Source of the DNA: an uncultured delta proteobacterium
GTDB lineage: Bacteria; Desulfobacterota; Binatia; UBA9968
Assembly (NCBI GenBank): GCA_963847445.1
Contig: CAWJZV010000034.1
Span: 288,001-352,000 of the forward strand
DNA length: 64,000 bases
Reading direction: 5' to 3'
Below are positions 8,912 to 19,368 of the stretch, in pieces. The notes under the pieces are model-generated. The model did not search any database, was not told the DNA's origin, and was given only the letters and a program-made list of their open reading frames with translations. The translations under genes and the position numbers were made by a program. Within the stretch, counting starts at the first letter, position 1; the number at the start of each line of letters is the position of its first letter.

Positions 8912-9903
8912 AAGTGAAAATGTTTCCGATGCTCGCATTGACGCTATCGCTGGCCCTCGTGCAGGGAAGCGGCGCCCAAGAAAAATTGGAAAAACTTCAC
9001 GTCGGTGTGGCCGGGTTAAGCGGCGCGCTGGCGCATGCGTTCATCCCGAAAGACACCGGCCTGTACGAGAAATTTGGCCTGGATGTGGATTTAGTTTTCT
9101 TTCAGGGCGGCACCCAGGGAGTGCAATCTCTGATTGCCGGCGGCGTGCAATTCATCGTGTCTTCGGGATCGGAGGTTATTGCCGCGCGGGTTGCCGGTTC
9201 TGACATCACTATCATCGCAGGCTACATGAATACGGTGCCTTACAGCATAGTCGCCGACAAAGGCGTCCGCCGGTTCGAGGACTTGAAGGGCGGCAAGGCG
9301 GCAGTCAGCCGGTTCGGCACCACTTCAGATCTCGCGTTACGTTATGCCTTTGAACAGAATGGGTTGTTCCCAGGCAAAGATATTACCTTAGTCCAGTTGG
9401 GCGATCAGGGCGCCCGCTTCGCGGCGCTCACCGGCGGCACGGTGCAAGCGACGGTGATCTCGCCCCCCTTCGATCTCACCGCCAAAAAACTGGGATATCG
9501 AATTCTCGCCGATATGGCGGATCTCGGCTTGCATTATCAGCATGAAGCCTTGGCCACCACGGAGCGCATGCTTGCGGCCAGACCGGATACGGCACGCCGG
9601 TTTCTCAAGGCGTTCATCGCCGGCATCCATGTCTGGATGACCGATGAGAAAAAGACCAAAGAGATATTGGCCAAACGGTTAAGGATCAAGGATAACGAAA
9701 TTCTCGACGAAACCTATTCGGCCTACAAGAAACTGACTGAAAAGAAACCTTATCCGACTCTCCCTGGCCTGGAATTTCAGATCGCCGATTTGGCGCTGCG
9801 AAACGCCAAAGCCAAAGGCGCCCGGGCCGATACATTCGTCAATCTCGGCTTGCTGAAGGAGATCGACAGCAGTGGTTATATCGACGGTCTGTACAAAAGA
9901 TAG
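8908..9903 (+). CDS. ABC transporter substrate-binding protein, NMT1/SsuA (nitrate/sulfonate/bicarbonate) family
   Basis: Signal peptide; GLYEKFGLDVDL, DLKGGKAAVSRFG, RFAALTGGTVQA. Confidence 0.88.
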   Translation: MKVKMFPMLALTLSLALVQGSGAQEKLEKLHVGVAGLSGALAHAFIPKDTGLYEKFGLDVDLVFFQGGTQGVQSLIAGGVQFIVSSGSEVIAARVAGSDITIIAGYMNTVPYSIVADKGVRRFEDLKGGKAAVSRFGTTSDLALRYAFEQNGLFPGKDITLVQLGDQGARFAALTGGTVQATVISPPFDLTAKKLGYRILADMADLGLHYQHEALATTERMLAARPDTARRFLKAFIAGIHVWMTDEKKTKEILAKRLRIKDNEILDETYSAYKKLTEKKPYPTLPGLEFQIADLALRNAKAKGARADTFVNLGLLKEIDSSGYIDGLYKR

Positions 9904-9960
9904 CGCATGATTCGAAGTAGGCGCTCCGTTATCAACCCTATTTTGGTGAAGGAGATGAAC

Positions 9961-10526
9961 ATGCAGAAAGTAACAAAGATTTTAGTCCCGATCGATTTTT
10001 CTCCCGAGTCCGGCAGGCCTTGCGCGATGCTGCCTCAATAGCGCGGGAAACCGGCGCGCAGCTGATCGCGTTGCATGTCATCGATGAAAGAGTCGAGAGA
10101 GATATGTTGCTGTCTTCGATCGTGTCGGTCGACGGTTGGCGGTTTCCCTTGGACGGCTTGGCAGCGATCCCGCTGGACCTTGTGATGCGCGAGCGAGCGC
10201 TCGATTTGTGGAACTTTGTCGAGCGTGAGGCCGAGCCGCTGAGCCAGGACAGGGTTAAGAAAGTGGTCAGACTCGGCAAGTTCACCAGAGAAATAACCAA
10301 CTTCATGCGCGATGAGGAAGTCGATCTGCTGGTTCTCAAACTGCGCCGGAGGCGGCGGTTTCCCGATCTAACGACGCTACAGCTTGTCACCATTGCTGGG
10401 CGGCTGTCATGTCCAGTTTTGCTGGACCCGCCGGCCGTCCGCGACCTTCCGGAGCCAAAAAATGGTTTGTTGACTTTCAATCTGTTACCGACGTGGAGAT
10501 TCCTGAGCTGTCGCCAGGCGATCTAA
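9961..10526 (+). CDS. Universal stress protein (frameshift near 10015)
   Basis: MQKVTKILVPIDFSPES then, in the shifted frame, A..ETGAQLIALHV...VDLLVL...SCPVL; AAGGAG RBS. Confidence 0.8.
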
Positions 10527-10591
10527 CGATCAGGCCGGCTTCTGGACTAGCGGGTTGGCAATGGCGCCGATCCATGCCGTGTTCTGACGTT

Positions 10592-10630
10592 TGCCTAAAT
10601 TGTTGGCGGTAGGCGAATAAACCATAGGCA
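10592..10630. promoter_or_regulatory. Tandem 17-bp enhancer-like boxes
   Basis: TGCCTAAATTGTTGGCG (10592) and CGAATAAACCATAGGCA (10614). Confidence 0.55.
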
Positions 10631-10692
10631 AGCCGCTTTCGAGTCGAACGTCAAAGGTGCTGAATTTATTTTATTATTGCCGATTCACATGG

Positions 10693-10707
10693 CGGCATAA
10701 GCGTTGC
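10693..10707 (+). promoter_or_regulatory. Sigma54 promoter of nirA
   Basis: CGGCAT-AAGCG-TTGC (GG-N10-GC). Confidence 0.7.
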
Positions 10708-10726
10708 GTATAGAGCATCGCGAGAG

Positions 10727-11182
10727 ATGAACAAGATTGAAGAATATAAGAAGGAGAAAGCCGGCCTCGATATTCTCGGTGACATACCGCGCTACGCCGC
10801 TGCAGGATGGGAAAGCATCACCGACGGTGACAAGGAGCGTTTAAAATGGGCCGGGATTTTCTTTCGGCGGCAGACTCCCGGGCGCTTCATGATGCGGCTG
10901 CGCTTCGCCAACGGCTTCATCAACGCGGCGCAGCTGCGCACCATCGGTGAAATTAGCCGCGACTTCGGCAAAGCCTTCGCCGATATCACGACGCGCCAGC
11001 AGATTCAGTTGCGCGAATTCAGAATCAACGATGTGCCGGAGATCTGGCGGAGACTGCGCGCCGTCGATTTGATTTCTTTGCAGACCGGCATGGATAACAT
11101 TCGCGGCGTGATCGGCTGCCCGGTGGCCGGTCTCACTCCCAATGAGTTGTTCGACGCTTCGCTTTGCAATGTGATTGCTTAA
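10727..11182 (+). pseudogene. nirA: Ferredoxin-nitrite reductase, N-terminal ~145 aa only
   Basis: MNKIEEYKKEK, RLKWAG, FMMRLR, DITTRQQIQL, QTGMDNIR..GCPVAG; no continuation seen downstream. Confidence 0.85.
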
Positions 11183-11212
11183 ATTTTCAGCAGCAGCGTC
11201 AATAATTAGGCA
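11176..11212. promoter_or_regulatory. Tandem 17-bp enhancer-like boxes
   Basis: TGCTTAAATTTTCAGCA (11176) and GCGTCAATAATTAGGCA (11196). Confidence 0.55.
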
Positions 11213-11293
11213 ATTATTCATCCGTGGGGTTTCCCATCGGTGAAAAAGCGGTGTGAAATGAAAGATCGAATTACTAGTGGATGGAATTTTCCA

Positions 11294-11308
11294 TGGCATT
11301 CGTTTTGC
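11294..11308 (+). promoter_or_regulatory. Sigma54 promoter of the porin gene
   Basis: TGGCAT-TCGTT-TTGC. Confidence 0.8.
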
Positions 11309-11427
11309 TCGATTTTTACGAAATTAAATATTAGTGAAATTTGTCCGGACTTAGTGAATAGTTCGTTTGGGTTTAGTGACGTATTTGCTATAAATTAGCG
11401 AAATCGATTTTCGAGGAGGATTGGGTA

Positions 11428-12668
11428 ATGAAACGTGGAATGGTTCGAATCGCGCTCTTAGCTGGAGTCATCATGCTTAGGGGGCAAAACGTTAAGGCGG
11501 CCGAAGATAAGCCGCTCGGCCCAGGCTGGTTGAGTCTGGATAGCAGTGTCGGCAAGCTCGATGGCGCCATCGCCAACGGCAAAAGTGGGTTGGAAAATGC
11601 TTTGGGCATCGGCATCAGCGGATTTATCGATATGGGCTACACATGGAGCTCGAATCATCCCGGTAATGGGGCTAATATCTCCGGCCGCTATTTCGATAAA
11701 GACAATAATCAGTTTAATGTTAATAATTTTCATCTCGCACTAGAAAAGCCGGAAAAGGATTGGGGCGTTGGTTTCAGGGTTTCCGGTGATTTTGGTCGAT
11801 ATGGCGAGCTGCTGCACGAAGCGACACAGTGGAACAAGACCGGTGCCAGGTTTTGCTGCGGACCGTCGGCCGAACTGCGTGAGGCGTATCTTAACACCAC
11901 GATTCCTGTGGGCGCGGGGATCGGTATCAAAGGCGGCTTGTTCACAACTCTCTTGGGCACGGAAATTCTCAACAACCCCGGCGCATATAACGACAATATC
12001 TCTCGTTCTTTCGCGTTTAACTTTGGTGTCCCACTGCGCCATCTCGGGATGTTGTTCAGCTATCCGTTTCACAAAACGGTCACGGCCACTTTAGGCGTGG
12101 TGACCGGTTGGGATAATCCGCACGACAACAACAGCGCGCCGTCCGGTATTGTCGGCGTGAACCTTAACCCCGAGCGATGCCTTTGGCTTGGCGAGCAATC
12201 TCATATATTGGTCCCGAACAAAGGCATAACACCGGACGCCAAAGGCTGACCTGGAGCAGCGTGGCGACGATCAAACCGACGGATCCTTTGACAATTTTGC
12301 TCGAATATACGTTTGGCGGGGAATCTGAAGTGGCCACGCCGACGAGCAATAAGGAAGATGCTTACTGGCATGCTCTTGCGGCTATCGCATCATGGAGCTG
12401 GACCGACCGTTTCACCACGGCTCTGCGCGGCGAGGTTTTCTTCGATAATGAAGCTGCGCGAACTGCCGGCCTATCGGCCACTACTCCCCAACATAATGTC
12501 ACACTCGGCGAACTGACTTTGACCGGCAGCTATAAGTTTACCAAGATGCTGATCGGTCGCGCCGAGCTGCGTCAGGATTGGGCCAACCACCCAGTCTATC
12601 AAAAAGGCCGAAACAGCGCCGATAGCAATCAAACGACGATCGGCATGCAATTGCTTTACACGTTCTAA
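11428..12668 (+). CDS. Outer-membrane beta-barrel porin (BBP2/DUF1597-like), frameshifted near 12180-12250
   Basis: Signal peptide; GFID.GY, F.TLLG.E, N.NISRS..F..G.P..H.G, GWDN, RAELRQD; terminal ...QLLYTF. Confidence 0.8.
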
Positions 12669-12694
12669 GTCGATTGCCTCCACTTAGGGCGGAC

Positions 12695-12727
12695 GGGGAG
12701 CAGCCGATGGGCTGCTCCCCTTTTTTT
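12695..12727 (+). terminator. Intrinsic terminator
   Basis: GGGGAGCAGCC-gatg-GGCTGCTCCCC followed by T7. Confidence 0.9.
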
Positions 12728-12842
12728 GGCTCGATGACAGCTCCCGCCACAGGCTTCGTTAGTTTGCCCTGCCCGCGCCGCTGGAAAAAAAACCTGGCGA
12801 CTGTTAGTCCTGAATTATCTCGTCGTCGGCTGACCCGTTCAA

Positions 12843-14430
12843 TTGATTCGCCAAAACCACTTTCCGTTCATTCTCGTCATTTTAAGTTCTCTGTTGTTTT
12901 TCTTCGCTCTCGGCTCGCGTGATTTCTGGGCGCCGGTGGAGCCGCGCTACGCCGAGATCGTTCGGGTGATGTTTGCCAAGGGCGAGTGGATCGTTCCCAC
13001 CGTCAACGGGGGCATTTACACCGACAAGCCGATTCTCTTCTTCTGGCTGGCGCTGATCGCGTCGAAGCTTTGCGGCGGCGTGTCCGAGTGGACGGTGCGG
13101 TTTCCCGCCGCGCTCGGCGGCGTCGGATTTATTTTATCGACGTACTTCTTCGGTCGTGATTTCTTCAGCCCGCGCATCGGCTTGATCGCGGCGGCGATCC
13201 TGGCGACGACCATGCGCGTGATCTGGGAAGCGCGCTGGGCCCATGTCGACATGGTTTTTTGTTGTTGGTTCTTGCTGTCGGTTTACTTCGCTGCACGAAC
13301 TTTTCTCCGCAAAGATCGCGGTTACGAAATTCTTTCGCCTACGTTTTCATGGGATTGGCGGTACTGACCAAGGGGCTGATCGGCGTCGTCTTGCCGGGCT
13401 TGGTGTTTGGTTTCGTTCATGCTCGTGCGGCGCGATTGGCGCATGATCGCGGCAGCTAAGCTTCATTTGGGAATTCCCATTTTCCTGCTGGTCACCATGC
13501 CGTGGCTTTATCTAGTTCAGCAAGCGACCGACGGGCGTTGGCTCAGCGAGTTTATTTACATCCATCATTTGCAGCGTTACACCGCCGGTGCCGGCCATCG
13601 GCAGCCGGTCTATTATTATCTGACGACGCTACCCACCGATTTTTTGCCATGGACGATCTTCGCTATCCCCGCACTGATCGCGCGTTGGCCTTATCGCCAA
13701 GCCTTGAAGGATGTCTCCAGTCAACTTTGTCTCTGCTGGTTTCTGGCGATCTTGTTATTTTTTGCTATCTCCGATACCAAGCGCGATCTTTATTTGCTGC
13801 CGTTGCTGCCGACGGTGGCGTTATTGGTTGCTTGCTACTGGGACTCTCTCGGCGCTGAAGCGCGACGCGCTAGGCGCGTCATCCCGCTGGCTCACGGCCG
13901 GCTTTTTCGCGCTGCTTGCTCTCGGCGCTTTCCTGATTCCAGCGGCGGCGTGGTGGCTGCGACCCGATGCGCTGCTGCCGCTGCTGCCGGCGAGTCTGGT
14001 ATTGACGATCGGCGGCGCGCTTGTCGCCGCATACTTGCTGCAGCGCGAGTTTTGTAGGGCGATGGTGGCGATCGTCGCTTTGATGACACTGTCGATGGTC
14101 ACGGCGGCGCTTTGGATATTCCCTTATTTGGAAAATTTTAAATCGCCGCGACCGTTCGCCTTGGAGATCAAGAGAGTGGTGCCGGCGTCAGCGCCGTTGT
14201 ATATCTATGCCGACACCATGCATGATTTTAATTTTTATGCCGAGCGCGAAGTCATGCCGGTTCTAACTTCACCGGCGGTATTGGCAAAATTGCTAAAGAC
14301 AGGCCAAACTGGGTTTCTCTTGGTCAGGGAGCGCGATTTCGGCAGATTACCGATGTTGTCGCGGACTTGGGTAATCGCCAGCGATGGTAAAGGGCGTATG
14401 CCGTGGCATTTAGTTGAGTTCAAAAGATGA
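12843..14430 (+). CDS. ArnT/PMT-family (GT39/GT83-like) membrane glycosyltransferase, about 3 frameshifts
   Basis: EPRYAEI.R.M...GEWIVP, DKP.LFFW, LTKG.IG, H.QPVYYY, K...YLLPL spread across four overlapping ORFs. Confidence 0.85.
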
Positions 14431-14855
14431 TCAGAAACATTTCCTGGATCGCAGTTGCCGTGATGGTGGCTTACCTGCTCTGGTGGCTGGTTCCGGCATA
14501 TTTCCCAAGGGAGGCGGACGATCCGCGCTCGCAGGAGTATTTGAGCCGCATCGCCGCGGAGATCAATCGCGGTGTGCCGATGATGATCGATAAGGAGACC
14601 GAGCTGATGCCGTCCTCAGGCCATGAAGGGATGCTGATCTATAATTATCGTTTAGTGAGTTATGCGGTAAAAAAACTTGACCATCAACGATTCGCCGCCG
14701 GTGCGCGCGATCGCTTAGTGCAAGGCGCGTGCGGCCGGCCCGAGACCCGCGACGATTTCCTCAAGAAAGGCGTAACTCTACGTTACTCCTATTTCGACAA
14801 GGACAAGCAGCATATCGCGTCCATCGATGTGACGCCGAAGGATTGCGGCTTCTGA
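14427..14855 (+). CDS. Membrane-anchored hypothetical protein (possibly PA3611/pilotin-like)
   Basis: N-terminal TM helix; AAEINRGVPMMIDKETEL; two Cys; ATGA overlap with the upstream gene. Confidence 0.65.
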   Translation: MIRNISWIAVAVMVAYLLWWLVPAYFPREADDPRSQEYLSRIAAEINRGVPMMIDKETELMPSSGHEGMLIYNYRLVSYAVKKLDHQRFAAGARDRLVQGACGRPETRDDFLKKGVTLRYSYFDKDKQHIASIDVTPKDCGF

Positions 14856-14867
14856 GGGTGGGCGAAT

Positions 14868-14948
14868 TGGAGTGATGGAGTAGTGGAGTATCGGAGTGGT
14901 GGTCCGGTCCAGAGCCCATCACTCCACCATTCCAATACTCCATCACTG
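14868..14948. repeat. Inverted array of 8-nt tandem repeats
   Basis: TGGAGTGA TGGAGTAG TGGAGTAT CGGAGTGG ... CCATCACT CCACCATT CCAATACT CCATCACT between convergent genes. Confidence 0.8.
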
Positions 14949-14962
14949 CAGCGCGCTTCGCG

Positions 14963-15992
14963 CTATTTGAGGATTTCTTTCGCGCGCGGAATCAGTTTGG
15001 GGTCGAGTTTGAAAACATCGAGGACATTTTTTTCCAGCTCTGCGCCGTCGAGCGGGCTGATGTCGAGTTTGGCCTTTGTCGCATCAGCAAGGAACTCCGG
15101 ATCTTTCATGACGTCCATGAATGCCTTTCGCAGGATCGTTAAACGATCCTTCGGGGTGCCGGGCGGAAGCATATAGGGTCTGGCTGCTGGGCCTACGCTG
15201 TGAACCAAAGCGTTGATTAGATTCCGAGCTTCGTCTGTCTTGGCATAGCTAATCGCCAACGGGACCTTGGTTAGCTCCGGGTGCGATTTCGCAGTGGTCT
15301 GCAATACGATCTGCAGGTCGCCGCCTTTAAGCTCATTAGGCCAGGTCGCGGCAAAAGGACTGCCAAGAGTTGCACACCCCTTGGACTTCGCCGCTGTCGT
15401 AGGCCAATCTTACTGTCGAGGTGCCTTTATAGCCGGAGACGAGTTGCGCAGGAAGCCCGATGGTTGCCATCAATACTTTGGGGATATCGTCCGTGGCTGA
15501 ACCCGCTCCGACCCCCCCAAGCTTGACGACGGTCTTGGACGACATCCATTGGTCCATGGTCGAGATGCCGGTATTTTTTTTCGACACGCCGATGACATAA
15601 TCGTCCTGGGTCGGGACGCCGATGTAGCCAAATTTGGCCGCGTCGAACTGGATGCCCGGTTTGCCCAGGAGTTGCTGCAGGAAAAGCCCGCCGATGAAGT
15701 GACCGATGGTCAGGCCGTCGGGCTTGGCGATATTGTACATGTAGTTGGCCGAGATCAGAAAGCCGGCGCCGGGCATATTTTCAACAACGAAGGTCGGATT
15801 GCCCGGAATATGTTTACCCATGTGTCGCGCAATCGTGCGCGAATAGGTATCGTAACCGCCGCCGGCGGAAGCGCCGACAATAATCCGGATGGTCTTGCCT
15901 TGGTAAAACTTGTCCTGGGCGACAGCGACGCCATGGTACCAGGTTAACGGCCAGCAAAACGGCTGCGAGCACGAAATGACATCTTGTTTCAT
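14963..15992 (-). CDS. TctC/Bug-family tripartite tricarboxylate transporter substrate-binding protein (frameshifted)
   Basis: FYQGKTIRIIVGASAGGGYDTYSR..ARHMGKHIPGNP..VVENMPGAG, GYKGT; C-terminal part in a separate ORF. Confidence 0.85.
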
Positions 15993-16042
15993 AGATTGAT
16001 TCTCCTCTTGTTTTAAGGTCTTAGACGATAGCGGCTGACCAC

Positions 16043-17067
16043 TTATTGCAGGATCTCTTTTAGCTGACTTGACGATGGCTGGCTCTATCTTGAAGAGCTG
16101 CATCGACGATTTTTTCAATTTCCTCGCCGGTCAACGGATCGATGTCGAGGCGTGATTGTTTAGCGTCGGCGATGAACTCCGGATCTTTAAGCGTCTCGCC
16201 GAACGCTTTCCGCAGCAGTTGCACGCGATCCTTGGGCGTCCCGGGCGCCACCGCGTAAGGGCGGGTGATCGCGGCGGGATCGTGGCCGCCGAATTTGAGG
16301 ATTTGCTTGGCGTTGTCGTTAGCGGCGAAGTCGACGGCGTTGGGGACTTTCGCTAGTTCGGGGTGCGGCTTGGGATTGACCTGCAAGACGATGAAGACGT
16401 TGCCGGAGTCGAGGCCTTGACGCCAGATCGACTTGATCGATTCCCATTGCCAGCAGCCGCCGGCGACTTCGCCGGCTTCGGCGGCGAGCCGAACCTCCGC
16501 CGTGCCTTTGTAGCCCGCCACTAGTTGGATCGGCAACTTGAGCGCGGCGAGCAGGAGCTTGGCGGTGTTATACGTCGTGTCGCCCGGCGCAACGCCGCCG
16601 ATTTTCACCGGCGTTTTCGAGTTCCTCAATGCGTCGAAAGTGGTGATGCCGCTTGCCTTGGTAAAGGCGCAGGCGACGTTGTCCTGGGTCGGGATGCCGA
16701 TGTATTCGAACTTGCGCGCGTCGAACTCGATGCCCGGCTTGCCGATGACTTGATTGATCACCTGGTTGCCATGGAAATTCAAAATCGTCAGGCCGTCGGG
16801 CTTGGCGACCTTATATACGTGATTGGCGGCGAGCAGACTGGCGGCGCCGGTCATGTTCTCGACGACGATGGCCGGGTTCCCCGGAATATGGTGGCCGAGG
16901 TGACGCGCGATCAGGCGCGAGTAAGTGTCGAAGCCGCCGCCGGCGGAGAAGCCGACGATTAATTTTATAGTCTTGCCTTCGTAGAATGGCGCGGCTGCCT
17001 GGGCCGACGTCAGCGCTGTCATAACCAGGAGCATTTGGCCGAGTGATATGCCTAAAAGTTTAAACAC
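16043..17067 (-). CDS. TctC/Bug-family substrate-binding protein (C-terminal frameshifts)
   Basis: FYEGKTIKLIVGFSAGGGFDTYSR, ENMTGA, GYKGTAEVRLA; GTG start with AAGGA RBS. Confidence 0.88.
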
Positions 17068-17255
17068 TTGATTAATTCCTTTACCGAGACTCGGAACTTT
17101 AACGCAGGCAATTAATAATGAAAAATCGACCTGAGTCAATGGCAGCGTACCGCTCCGGGCAATCTCACGAACTCCGGGAGCAGTCGTTTTAGGTTAACCG
17201 TGACGCTTCAGCGAGGGACCCACGCGGTGACGATAATAGGTTCATTAGTATTCGA

Positions 17256-19360
17256 CTAATCGTTATCGCTGATCGTGACTTGCGCGGTATTTTGCGCACC
17301 GAGCGCTGCGCCGCCGGTAGGATTGGAGAGCGTAAGATTAATTGTTTCATTACCCTCGACAGCGGTGTCGTTAGTAATCGGTATCGTAAAGGTCTTAGTG
17401 GTTTGATTTACGGCGAAGGTGAGGGTTCCTGAAGTTGCGGTATAGTCCGATCCCGCCGTCGCTGTGCCGTCGCTAGTCGCATAGGTGACGCCAACACCGC
17501 TGGCGGTGCCGCCGGTGCGGGTAACCGTAATGATCGCTCTTCTGCCGGATTCGCTGACAGTGTAAGTGGGTGAGGCTAAACTGAACGGTGCCTGCGGCAT
17601 CGTCGTCATTCACGGTCAAGGTGGCCGTGCTCTGGCTTCCCAGACAGTCCACCGACCGGAGCGCTCAAGGTCAGATTGATCGTTTCATTGGCTTCATTGA
17701 GGGTGTCTCTCCTGATTGAAACGGTGAAAGTTTTGCTGGTCTGGCCGGCCGTGAAGCTTAGCTTCCCGGTCCTGGCGGTAAAGTCCGATCCTGAAGTCGC
17801 GGTGCCAGCGCTGACCGCATAGTTCGCCGACAAAGTGCCAACCGCAACGCCGGTGCGAGTTACTGTAATCGTTGCTCTGCCGCTGCTCTCGTCGAAAGTG
17901 TAATTTGCCTGAACTAAATTGCAGGGAAGGAAGCTCGTCCAAGGCGGCGAGGATTCTTATCCGCGGCTTGGTGAGGCCGTTCAGCCGGGTCGAAAACCGC
18001 TTGACCGGAAGTCTGCAATGCCGCCAGCATCTGGCTGACTGTGGCATTTGGCGCTGCTTGCTTGAGAATCGCAAAGGCTCCAGAGACATGCGGCGTGGCC
18101 ATGGAGGTTCCTGGAATTGCAGCGAAGCCGCCGCCGGGAATCGACGAGTTAATCACCGATCCCAGGAGCCAACAGCGATAGAAACGTTGCACTATTCGTG
18201 AATAATGAAACCTCATCCGTGGTCGATCCGCCGGAACCGTCTCCAGTAGAGCCGACACTGACCGCGTCGGGCACACAAGCAGGAGCCGCAATACGGTTTC
18301 CCTGACTGTCATTCCCCGACGCTACGACGGTGGCAATATTGGCGGTTTTAAGGGACCTTATAATACTTGCTCGTGGGTCGGTGTTGCAGGGAGCTGCCGA
18401 GGTTTGTCCGCCGAGACTCATGTTGACCGCGGCAATGTTGAACAGCGACCGCTGGCTATAAACATGCTGTAACCCAGCCAGGACATCTGAGGTGAATGCT
18501 AGAGCGCACGGCGCAGGATCGCCGCTCAACTGGCAGATAAACGCGTCCGAGAATTGGCTAAAAACCTGGATTGCCATGATCCCTGCGCCCGGCGCGACTC
18601 CGGCAAATCCTCCGGTTGATCCGCCTGCTGCGATGCCGGCCACGTGGGTGCCATGGTCACAGCCGTTGGCGTTACAAGGTACACCCGATCCAGTCGCTGT
18701 GGACGTCTCCGCGCCGCCAGGACATACACTCGTGGCCGATAGATTCGAATCATTAGATGAAAAACACGCTTCGGCGATGACTTTGCCGCTGAGGAATGCG
18801 TGACTCTTGTCTACACCCGTATCGAGTATCGCGATCACGGTGCCGGTGCCGTCCAAGCTGAGTCCCGCGAATCCGCCGGCCCACGCCTGGTCGGCTTGCA
18901 CCAGCGGGATGCTTTCGGCGAGAAATGGTGTGTTGAGTTGATCCTCTAAGACTTCGGTGACGACGCCGCGGAGGGATTCTAAGGCTTGAAGTCCCCCGGG
19001 GGTGAGACTGAGAGCCATAAATGGAAAATCTTGAAACTCATGAATGACCCGGTGCGGCAATCGCGATAAGCTAGCTCGTGTAGAGGCGCGAGCGAAGTCA
19101 ATAGTTCTGCGGCGGCTTGCGATCTCCAGGTCGCTCTCAATGTCAGATTCGGTAGTTGGCGGCGTGTTAAGCCGAACGATGACTCGGACGGTTCCTTGTT
19201 GCTGTGCCTTTTGCATTAAACTCTGTGGGACCATAAAGGAGGCCGCCCCGCTGACGATTCCAGCGGGGAGGAAAAAAAACTGGATGAATAAAACGGCCGC
19301 AAGAAGCGTGGGCAAAAGTGATCGGATAATCATGGTGTATTCCCTCAAGTATACAGGCAT
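17256..19360 (-). CDS. S8 subtilase with I9 propeptide and two C-terminal Calx-beta domains (several frameshifts)
   Basis: ILDTG (Asp), HGTHVAG (His), ASGN, GTSMATPHV (Ser); Calx-beta repeats GTA..GSD...T...DT..E.NETINLTLS. Confidence 0.85.
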
Positions 19361-19368
19361 GCGTTTAT

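Noticed and set aside
14868-14948. CRISPR array, or the short ORFs 14761-14946 and 14883-15176
   Set aside because: 8-nt units without spacers and no cas genes; the ORFs are repeat translations or antisense shadows
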